A DNA stretch of 64,000 nt from Antedon mediterranea (taxonomy: Eukaryota > Animalia > Echinodermata), in contig NW_027306095.1 of NCBI RefSeq assembly GCF_964355755.1, positions 186,001 to 250,000 on the forward strand. Reading direction: 5' to 3'. This document shows positions 1 to 11,200 of this stretch, piece by piece. Made by a program: the position numbers and the translations under genes. A model generated the notes under the pieces. That model did not search any database. It was given only the letters and a program-made list of their open reading frames with translations, and had not been told where the DNA came from. Position 1 is the stretch's first letter. Each line of letters starts with the position of its first letter.

Positions 1-80
1 GCACTTTGATGTTTTTTTGTGAAAAGTTTCATCGAAATGCACAAAATTGTCTAAAACGTCTCTAAATGCGATTTGAAGCT

Positions 81-134
81 ATTTTGTGCACTTTGATGTT
101 TTTTTGTGAAAAGTTTCATCGAAATGCACAAAAT
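81..134. repeat. Intra-monomer imperfect inverted repeat (example copy; present in most full-length monomers)
   Basis: ATTTTGTGCACTTTGATG (81-98) and CATCGAAATGCACAAAAT (117-134) are reverse complements at 16/18 positions, with the outer 10 bp perfect. Spacer is 18 bp. Confidence 0.9.
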
Positions 135-3100
135 GGTCTAAAACGTCTCTAAATGCGATTTGAAGCTATTTTGTGCACTTTGATGTTTTTTTTTGAAAAG
201 TTTCATCGAAATGCACAAAATGGTCTAAAACGTCTCTAAATGCGATTTGAAGCTATTTTGTGCACTTTGTCGTTTTTGTGTGAAAAGTTTCATCGAAATG
301 CTCAAAATGGTCTAAAACGTCTCCAAATGCGATTTGAAGCAATTTTGTGCACTTTGATGTTTTTGTGTGAAAAGTTTCATCGAAATGCACAAAATGGTCT
401 AAAACGTCTGCAAATGCGATTTGAAGCTATTTTGTGCACTTTGATGTTTTTTTGTGAAAAGTTTCATCGAAAGGCACAAAATTGTCTAAAACGTCTCTAA
501 ATGCGATTTGAAGCTATTTTGTGCACTTTGTCGTTTTTGTGTGAAAAGTTTCATCGAAATTCCCAAAATGGTCTAAAACATCTCCAAATGCGATTTGAAG
601 CAATTTTGTGCACTTTGATGTTTTTGTGTGAAAAGTTTCATCGAAATGCACAAAATGGTCTAAAACGTCTGCAAATGCGATTTGAAGCTATTTTGTGCAC
701 TTTGTCGTTTTTGTGTGAAAAGTTTTTTCGAAATGCACAAAATGGTCTAAAACGTCTCCAAATGCGATTTGAAGCAATTTTGTGCACTTTGATGTTTTGT
801 GTAATCCAGTTTCATCGAAATGTACAAAATTGTCTAAAACGTCTCTAAATGCGATTTGAAGCTATTTTGTGCACTTTGTCGTTTTTGTGTGAAAAGTTTT
901 TTAGAAATACACAAAATGGTCTAAAACGTCTCCAAATGCGATTTGAAGCAATTTTGTGCACTTTGATGTTTTGTGTAATCCAGTTTCATCGAAATGTACA
1001 AAATTGTCTAAAACGTCTCTAAATGCGATTTGAAGCTATTTTGTGCACTTTGTCGTTTTTGTGTGAAAAGTTTTTTCGAAATGCACAAAATGGTCTAAAA
1101 CGTCTCCAATTGCGATTTGAAGTTATTTTGTGCACTTTGATGTTTTGTGTGAAAAGTTTTATCGAAATGCTCAAAATGGTCTAAAACGGTTTCAAATGTG
1201 ATTTTAAGCACTTTGATATTTTTATGTAATCAAGTTTCATCGAAATTCACAAAATGGTCTAAAACGTCTGCAAATGCGATTTAAAGCTATTTTGTGCACT
1301 TTAATGTTTTGTGTGAAAAGTTTTATCGAAATTCTCAAAATGGTCTAAAACGGTTTCAAATGTGATTTTAAGCACTTTGATGTTTTTGTGTAATCAAGTT
1401 TCATCGAAATGCACAAAATGGTTTAAAACGTCTGCAAATGCGATTTGAAGCTATTTTGTGCACTTTGATGTTTTTGTGTGAAAAGTTTCATCGAAATGCA
1501 CAAAATTGTCTAAAACGTCTCCAAATACGATATTAACCTATTTTGTGCACTTTGATGTTTTTGTGTGAAAAGTTTCATCGAAATGCACAAAATGGTCTAA
1601 AACGTCTGCAAATGCGATTTGAAGCTATTTTGTGCACTTTGTCGTTTTTGTGTGAAAAGTTTCATCGAAATGCTCAAAATGGTCTAAAACGTCTCCAAAT
1701 GCGATTTGAAGCAATTTTGTGCACTTTGATGTTTTTGTGTGAAAAGTTTCATCGAAATGCACAAAATGGTCTCTAAAACGTCTGCAAATGCGATTTGAAG
1801 CTATTTTGTGCACTTTGTCGTTTTTGTGTGAAAAGTTTTTTCGAAATGCACAAAATGGTCTAAAACGTCTCCAAATGCGATTTGAAGCAATTTTGTGCAC
1901 TTTGATGTTTTGTGTAATCCATTTTCATCGAAATGTACAAAATTGTCTAAAACGTCTCTAAATGCGATTTGAAGCTATTTTGTGCACTTTGTCGTTTTTG
2001 TGTGAAAAGTTTTTTCGAAATGCACAAAATGGTCTAAAACGTCTCCAATTGCGATTTGAAGTTATTTTGTGCACTTTGATGTTTTGTGTGAAAAGTTTTA
2101 TCGAAATGCTCAAAATGGTCTAAAACGGTTTCAAATGTGATTTTAAGCACTTTGATATTTTTGTATAATCAAGTTAAATCGAAATAGACAAAATGGTCTA
2201 AAACGTCTGCAAATGCGATTTAAAGCTATTTTGTGCACTTTAATGTTTTGTGTGAAAAGTTTTATCGAAATTCTCAAAATGGTCTAAAACGGTTTCAAAT
2301 GTGATTTTAAGCACTTTGATGTTTTTGTGTAATCAAGTTTCATCGAAAAGCACAAAATGGTTTAAAACGTCTGCAAACGCGATTTGAAGCTATTTTGTGC
2401 ACTTTGATGTTTTTGTGTGAAAAGTTTCATCGAAATGCACAAAATTGTCTAAAACGTTTCCAAATACGATATTAAGCTATTGTATGCACTTTGATGTTTT
2501 TGAGTGAAAAGTTTTTTCGAAATGCACAAAATGGTCTAAAACGTCTCCAAATGCGATTTGAAGCTATTTTGTGCACTTTGATGTTTTTTTCTGAAAAGTT
2601 TCATCGAAATGCACAAAATGGTCTAAAACGTCTCTAAATGCGATTTGAAGCTATTTTGTGCACTTTGATGTTTTTGTGTGAAAAGTTTCATCGAAATGCA
2701 CAAAATGGTCTAAAACGTCTCTAAATGCGATTTGAAGTTATTTTGTGCACTTTGATGTTTTGTGTGAAAAGTTTTATCGAAATGCTCAAAATGGTCTAAA
2801 ACGGTTTCAAATGTGATTTTAAGCACTTTGATATTTTTGTGTAATCAAGTTTCATCGAAATGCACAAAATGGTCTAAAACGTCTCCAAATGCGATTTGAA
2901 GCTATTTTGTGCACTTTAATGTTTTGTGTGAAAAGTTTTATCGAAATTCTCAAAATGGTCTAAAACGGTTTCAAATGTGATTTTAAGCACTTTGATGTTT
3001 TTGTGTAATCAAGTTTCATCGAAATGCACAAAATGGTTTAAAACGTCTGCAAATGCGATTTGAAGCTATTTTGTGCACTTTGAAGTTTTTGTGTGAAAAG

Positions 3101-6100
3101 TTTCATCGAAATGCACAAAATTGTCTAAAACGTTTCCAAATACGATATTAAGCTATTGTATGCACTTTGATGTTTTTGAGTGAAAAGTTTTTTCGAAATG
3201 CACAAAATGGTCTAAAACGTCTCCAAATGCGATTTGGAGCTCTTTTGTGCACTTTGATATTTTGTGTAAAAAGTTTGCTATTTTGTGCACTTTAATGTTT
3301 TGTGTGAAAAGTTTTATCGAAATGCTCAAAATTGTCTAAAACGGTTTCAAATGTGATTTTAAGCACTTTGATATTTTTGTGTAATCAAGTTTTTTCGAAA
3401 TGCACAACATGGTCTAAAACGTCTCCAAATGCGATTTGAAGCTATTTTGTGCACTTTGATGTTTTTGTGTGAAAAGTTTCATCGAAATGCACAAAATGGT
3501 CTAAAACGTCTCTAAATGCGATTTAAAGCTATTTTGTGCACTTTGTCGTTTTTGTGTGAAAAGTTTCATCGAAATGCTCAAAATGGTCTAAAACGTCTCC
3601 AAATGCGATTTGAAGCAATTTTGTGCACTTTGATGTTTTTGTGTGAAAAGTTTCATCGAAATGCACAAAATGGTCTAAAACGTCTGCAAATGCGATTTGA
3701 AGCTATTTTGTGCACTTTGATGTTTTTTTGTGAAAAGTTTCATCGAAAGGCACAAAATTGTCTAAAACGTCTCTAAATGCGATTTGAAGCTATTTTGTGC
3801 ACTTTGTCGTTTTTGTGTGAAAAGTTTCATCGAAATTCCCAAAATGGTCTAAAACATCTCCAAATGCGATTTGAAGCAATTTTGTGCACTTTGATGTTTT
3901 TGTGTGAAAAGTTTCATCGAAATGCACAAAATGGTCTAAAACGTCTGCAAATGCGATTTGAAGCTATTTTGTGCACTTTGTCGTTTTTGTGTGAAAAGTT
4001 TTTTCGAAATGCACAAAATGGTCTAAAACGTCTCCAAATGCGATTTGAAGCAATTTTGTGCACTTTGATGTTTTGTGTAATCCAGTTTCATCGAAATGTA
4101 CAAAATTGTCTAAAACGTCTCTAAATGCGATTTGAAGCTATTTTGTGCACTTTGTCGTTTTTGTGTGAAAAGTTTTTTCGAAATGCACAAAATGGTCTAA
4201 AACGTCTCCAAATGCGATTTGAAGCAATTTTGTGCACTTTGATGTTTTGTGTAATCCAATTTCATCGAAATGTACAAAATTGTCTAAAACGTCTCTAAAT
4301 GCGATTTGAAGCTATTTTGTGCACTTTGTCGTTTTTGTGTGAAAAGTTTTTTCGAAATGCACAAAATGGTCTAAAACGTCTCCAATTGCGATTTGAAGTT
4401 ATTTTGTGCACTTTGATGTTTTGTGTGAAAAGTTTTATCGAAATGCTCAAAATGGTCTAAAACGGTTTCAAATGTGATTTTAAGCACTTTGATATTTTTG
4501 TGTAATCAAGTTTCATCGAAATGCACAAAATGGTTTAAAACGTCTGCAAATGCGATTTGAAGCTATTTTGTGCACTTTGATGTTTTTGTGTGAAAAGTTT
4601 CATCGAAATGCACAAAATTGTCTAAAACGTCTCCAAATACGATATTAAGCTATTTTGTGCACTTTGATGTTTTTGTGTGAAAAGTTTCATCGAAATGCAC
4701 AAAATGGTCTAAAACGTCTGCAAATGCGATTTGAAGCTATTTTGTGCACTTTGTCGTTTTTGTGTGAAAAGTTTCATCGAAATGCTCAAAATGGTCTAAA
4801 ACGTCTCCAAATGCGATTTGAAGCAATTTTGTGCACTTTGATGTTTTTGTGTGAAAAGTTTCATCGAAATGCACAAAATGGTCTCTAAAACGTCTGCAAA
4901 TGCGATTTGAAGCTATTTTGTGCACTTTGTCGTTTTTGTGTGAAAAGTTTTTTCGAAATGCACAAAATGGTCTAAAACGTCTCCAAATGCGATTTGAAGC
5001 AATTTTGTGCACTTTGATGTTTTGTGTAATCCAGTTTCATCGAAATGTACAAAATTGTCTAAAACGTCTCTAAATGCGATTTGAAGCTATTTTGTGCACT
5101 TTGTCGTTTTTGTGTGAAAAGTTTTTTCGAAATGCACAAAATGGTCTAAAACGTCTCCAATTGCGATTTGAAGTTATTTTGTGCACTTTGATGTTTTGTG
5201 TGAAAAGTTTTATCGAAATGCTCAAAATGGTCTAAAACGGTTTCAAATGTGATTTTAAGCACTTTGATATTTTTGTATAATCAAGTTAAATCGAAATGCA
5301 CAAAATGGTCTAAAACGTCTGCAAATGCGATTTAAAGCTATTTTGTGCACTTTAATGTTTTGTGTGAAAAGTTTTATCGAAATTCTCAAAATGGTCTAAA
5401 ACGGTTTCAAATGTGATTTTAAGCACTTTGATGTTTTTGTGTAATCAAGTTTCATCGAAATGCACTAAATGGTTTAAAACGTCTGCAAATGCGATTTGAA
5501 GCTATTTTGTGCACTTTGATGTTTTTGTGTGAAAAGTTTCATCGAAATGCACAAAATTGTCTAAAACGTCTCCAAATACGATATTAAGCTATTGTATGCA
5601 CTTTGATGTTTTTGAGTGAAAAGTTTTTTCGAAATGCACAAAATGGTCTAAAACGTCTCCAAATGCGATTTGGAGCTCTTTTGTGCACTTTGATGTTTTG
5701 TGTAAAAAGTTTGCTATTTTGTGCACTTTAATGTTTTGTGTGAAAAGTTTTATCGAAATACTCAAAATTGTCTAAAACGGTTTCAAATGTGATTTTAAGC
5801 ACTTTGATATTTTTGTGTAATCAAGTTTTTTCGAAATGCACAACATGGTCTAAAACGTCTCCAAATGCGATTTGAAGCTATTTTGTGCACTTTGATGTTT
5901 TTGTGTGAAAAGTTTATTCGAAATGCACAAAATGGTCTAAAACGTCTCCAAATGCGATTTGAAGTTATTTTGTGCACTTTGATGTTTTGTGTGAAAAGTT
6001 TTATCGAAATGCTCAAAATGGTCTAAAACGGTTTCAAATGTGATTTTAAGCCCTTTGATATTTTTGTGTAATCAAGTTTCATCGAAATGCTCAAAATGGT

Positions 6101-6189
6101 CTAAAACGTCTCCAAATGCGATTTGAAGCTATTTTGTGCACTTTGATGTTTTTTTGTGAAAAGTTTCATCGAAATGCACAAAATGGTCT

Positions 6190-8285
6190 AAAACGTCTCT
6201 AAATGCGATTTGAAGCTATTTTGTGCACTTTGATGTTTTTTTGTGAAAAGTTTCATCGAAATGCACAAAATTGTCTAAAACGTCTCTAAATGCGATTTGA
6301 AGCTATTTTGTGCACTTTGTCGTTTTTGTGTGAAAAGTTTCATCGAAATGCTCAAAATGGTCTAAAACGTCTCCAAATGCGATTTGAAGCAATTTTGTGC
6401 ACTTTGATGTTTTTGTGTGAAAAGTTTCATCGAAATGCACAAAATGGTCTAAAACGTCTGCAAATGCGATTTGAAGCTATTTTGTGCACTTTGTCGTTTT
6501 TGTGTGAAAAGTTTTTTCGAAATGCACAAAATGGTCTAAAACGTCTCCAATTGCGATTTGAAGTTATTTTGTGCACTTTGATGTTTTGTGTGAAAAGTTT
6601 TATCGAAATGCTCAAAATGGTCTAAAACGGTTTCAAATGTGATTTTAAGCACTTTGATATTTTTGTGTAATCAAGTTTCATCGAAATGCACAAAATGGTC
6701 TAAAACGTCTGCAAATGCGATTTAAAGCTATTTTGTGCACTTTAATATTTTGTGTGAAAAGTTTTATCGAAATTCTCAAAATGGTCTAAAACGGTTTCAA
6801 ATGTGATTTTAAGCACTTTGATGTTTTTGTGTAATCAAGTTTCATCGAAATGCACAAAATGGTTTAAAACGTCTGCAAATGCGATTTGAAGCTATTTTGT
6901 GCACTTTGATGTTTTTGTGTGAAAAGTTTCCTCGAAATGCACAAAATTGTCTAAAACGTCTCCAAATACGATATTAAGCTATTTTGTGCACTTTGATGTT
7001 TTTGTGTGAAAAGTTTATTCGAAATGCACAAAATGGTCTAAAACGTCTCCAAATGCGATTTGAAGTTATTTTGTGCACTTTGATGTTTTGTGTGAAAAGT
7101 TTTATCGAAATGCTCAAAATGGTCTAAAACGGTTTCAAATGTGATTTTAAGCACTTTGATATTTTTGTGTAATCAAGTTTCATCGAAATGCTCAAAATGG
7201 TCTAAAACGTCTCCAAATGCGATTTGAAGCTATTTTGTGCACTTTGATGTTTTTTTGTGAAAAGTTTCATCGAAATGCACAAAATGGTCTAAAACGTCTC
7301 TAAATGCGATTTGAAGCTATTTTGTGCACTTTGATGTTTTTGTGTGAAAAGTTTCATCGAAATGCACAAAATGGTCTAAAACGTCTCTAAATGCGATTTG
7401 AAGCTATTTTGTGCACTTTGATGTTTTTTTGTGAAAAGTTTCATCGAAATGCACAAAATGGTCTAAAACGTCTCTAAATGCGATTTGAAGCTATTTTGTG
7501 CACTTTGATGTTTTTTTGTGAAAAGTTTCATCGAAATGCACAAAATTGTCTAAAACGTCTCTAAATGCGATTTGAAGCTATTTTGTGCACTTTGTCGTTT
7601 TTGTGTGAAAAGTTTCATCGAAATGCTCAAAATGGTCTAAAACGTCTCCAAATGCGATTTGAAGCAATTTTGTGCACTTTGATGTTTTTGTGTGAAAAGT
7701 TTCATCGAAATGCACAAAATGGTCTAAAACGTCTGCAAATGCGATTTGAAGCTATTTTGTGCACTTTGTCGTTTTTGTGTGAAAAGTTTTTTCGAAATGC
7801 ACAAAATGGTCTAAAACGTCTCCAATTGCGATTTGAAGTTATTTTGTGCACTTTGATGTTTTGTGTGAAAAGTTTTATCGAAATGCTCAAAATGGTCTAA
7901 AACGGTTTCAAATGTGATTTTAAGCACTTTGATATTTTTGTGTAATCAAGTTTCATCGAAATGCACAAAATGGTCTAAAACGTCTGCAAATGCGATTTAA
8001 AGCTATTTTGTGCACTTTAATATTTTGTGTGAAAAGTTTTATCGAAATTCTCAAAATGGTCTAAAACGGTTTCAAATGTGATTTTAAGCACTTTGATGTT
8101 TTTGTGTAATCAAGTTTCATCGAAATGCACAAAATGGTTTAAAACGTCTGCAAATGCGATTTGAAGCTATTTTGTGCACTTTGATGTTTTTGTGTGAAAA
8201 GTTTCCTCGAAATGCACAAAATTGTCTAAAACGTCTCCAAATACGATATTAAGCTATTTTGTGCACTTTGATGTTTTTGTGTGAA
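6190..8285 (+). repeat. Local duplication, 1275-bp offset
   Basis: Identical ORFs at 6290 and 7565. Rare variants TAATATTTTG (~6745, ~8020) and GTTTCCTCG (~6930, ~8205) recur at +1275. Confidence 0.8.
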
Positions 8286-11200
8286 AAGTTTCATCGAAAT
8301 GCACAAAATGGTCTAAAACGTCTGCAAATGCGATTTGAAGCTATTTTGTGCACTTTGTCGTTTTTGTGTGAAAAGTTTCATCGAAATGCTCAAAATGGTC
8401 TAAAACGTCTCCAAATGCGATTTGAAGCAATTTTGTGCACTTTGATGTTTTTGTGTGAAAAGTTTCATCGAAATGCACAAAATGGTCTCTAAAACGTCTG
8501 CAAATGCGATTTGAAGCTATTTTGTGCACTTTGTCGTTTTTGTGTGAAAAGTTTTTTCGAAATGCACAAAATGGTCTAAAACGTCTCCAAATGCGATTTG
8601 AAGCAATTTTGTGCACTTTGATGTTTTGTGTAATCCAGTTTCATCGAAATGTACAAAATTGTCTAAAACGTCTCTAAATGCGATTTGAAGCTATTTTGTG
8701 CACTTTGTCGTTTTTGTGTGAAAAGTTTTTTCGAAATGCACAAAATGGTCTAAAACGTCTCCAATTGCGATTTGAAGTTATTTTGTGCACTTTGATGTTT
8801 TGTGTGAAAAGTTTTATCGAAATGCTCAAAATGGTCTAAAACGGTTTCAAATGTGATTTTAAGCACTTTGATATTTTTGTATAATCAAGTTAAATCGAAA
8901 TGCACAAAATGGTCTAAAACGTCTGCAAATGCGATTTAAAGCTATTTTGTGCACTTTAATGTTTTGTGTGAAAAGTTTTATCGAAATTCTCAAAATGGTC
9001 TAAAACGGTTTCAAATGTGATTTTAAGCACTTTGATGTTTTTGTGTAATCAAGTTTCATCGAAATGCACTAAATGGTTTAAAACGTCTGCAAATGCGATT
9101 TGAAGCTATTTTGTGCACTTTGATGTTTTTGTGTGAAAAGTTTCATCGAAATGCACAAAATTGTCTAAAACGTCTCCAAATACGATATTAAGCTATTGTA
9201 TGCACTTTGATGTTTTTGAGTGAAAAGTTTTTTCGAAATGCACAAAATGGTCTAAAACGTCTCCAAATGCGATTTGGAGCTCTTTTGTGCACTTTGATGT
9301 TTTGTGTAAAAAGTTTGCTATTTTGTGCACTTTAATGTTTTGTGTGAAAAGTTTTATCGAAATGCACAAAATGGTCTAAAACGTCTCTAAATGCGATTTG
9401 AAGCTATTTTGTGCACTTTGATGTTTTTGTGTGAAAAGTTTCATCGAAATGCACAAAATGGTCTAAAACGTCTCTAAATGCGATTTGAAGCTATTTTGTG
9501 CACTTTGATGTTTTTTTGTGAAAAGTTTCATCGAAATGCACAAAATGGTCTAAAACGTCTCTAAATGCGATTTGAAGCTATTTTGTGCACTTTGATGTTT
9601 TTTTGTGAAAAGTTTCATCGAAATGCACAAAATTGTCTAAAACGTCTCTAAATGCGATTTGAAGCTATTTTGTGCACTTTGTCGTTTTTGTGTGAAAAGT
9701 TTCATCGAAATGCACAAAATGGTCTAAAACGTCTGCAAATGCGATTTGAAGCTATTTTGTGCACTTTGTCGTTTTTGTGTGAAAAGTTTTTTCGAAATGC
9801 ACAAAATGGTCTAAAACGTCTCCAATTGCGATTTGAAGTTATTTTGTGCACTTTGATGTTTTGTGTGAAAAGTTTTATCGAAATGCTCAAAATGGTCTAA
9901 AACGGTTTCAAATGTGATTTTAAGCACTTTGATATTTTTGTGTAATCAAGTTTCATCGAAATGCACAAAATGGTCTAAAACGTCTGCAAATGCGATTTAA
10001 AGCTATTTTGTGCACTTTAATGTTTTGTGTGAAAAGTTTTATCGAAATTTTCAAAATGGTCTAAAACGGTTTCAAATGTGATTTTAAGCACTTTGATGTT
10101 TTTGTGTAATCAAGTTTCATTGAAAATCACTAAAAGGTCTAGAACCTCTGCAAATGCAATTTAAAGCTATTTTGTGCACTTTAATGTTTTCTGTGAAAAG
10201 TTTTATCGAAATTCTCAAAATGGTCTAAAACGGTTTCAAATGTGATTTTAAGCACTTTGATGTTTTTGTGTAATCAAGTTTTTTCGAAATGCACAACATG
10301 GTCTAAAACGTCTCCAAATGCGATTTGAAGCTATTTTGTGCACTTTGATGTTTTTGTGTGAAAAGTTTCAATGAAATGCACAAAATGGTCTAAAACGTCT
10401 CTAAATGCGATTTGAAGCTATTTTGTGCACTTTGTCGTTTTTGTGTGAAAAGTTTCATCGAAATGCTCAAAATGGTCTAAAACGTCTCCAAATGCGATTT
10501 GAAGCTATTTTGTGCACTTTGATGTTTTTTTCTGAAAAGTTTCATCGAAATGCACAAAATGGTCTAAAACGTCTCTAAATGCGATTTGAAGCTATTTTGT
10601 GCACTTTGATGTTTTTGTGTGAAAAGTTTCATCGAAATGCACAAAATGGTCTAAAACGTCTCTAAATGCGATTTGAAGCTATTTTGTGCACTTTGATGTT
10701 TTTTTGTGAAAAGTTTCATCGAAATGCACAAAATGGTCTAAAACGTCTCTAAATGCGATTTGAAGCTATTTTGTGCACTTTGTCGTTTTTGTGTGAAAAG
10801 TTTCATCGAAATGCTCAAAATGGTCTAAAACGTCTCCAAATGCGATTTGAAGCAATTTTGTGCACTTTGATGTTTTTGTGTGAAAAGTTTCATCGAAATG
10901 CACAAAATGGTCTAAAACGTCTGCAAATGCGATTTGAAGCTATTTTGTGCACTTTGATGTTTTTTTGTGAAAAGTTTCATCGAAAGGCACAAAATTGTCT
11001 AAAACGTCTCTAAATGCGATTTGAAGCTATTTTGTGCACTTTGTCGTTTTTGTGTGAAAAGTTTCATCGAAATTCCCAAAATGGTCTAAAACATCTCCAA
11101 ATGCGATTTGAAGCAATTTTGTGCACTTTGATGTTTTTGTGTGAAAAGTTTCATCGAAATGCACAAAATGGTCTAAAACGTCTGCAAATGCGATTTGAAG

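Noticed and set aside
1-87. Monomer derived from three 29-bp subunits
   Set aside because: AAATGC recurs 29 bp apart (positions 35 and 64), but the third segment shows no convincing similarity.
724-742. CENP-B box (TTCG motif in TTTTTTCGAAATGCAC)
   Set aside because: It lacks the downstream A..CGGG core of the canonical TTCGNNNNANNCGGG motif.
501-848. Cys/His-containing repeat resembling a zinc-finger array
   Set aside because: The spacing C-x5-C-x3-H does not fit C2H2 (C-x2-4-C-x12-H-x3-5-H), there is no TGEKP linker, and the frame is not maintained.
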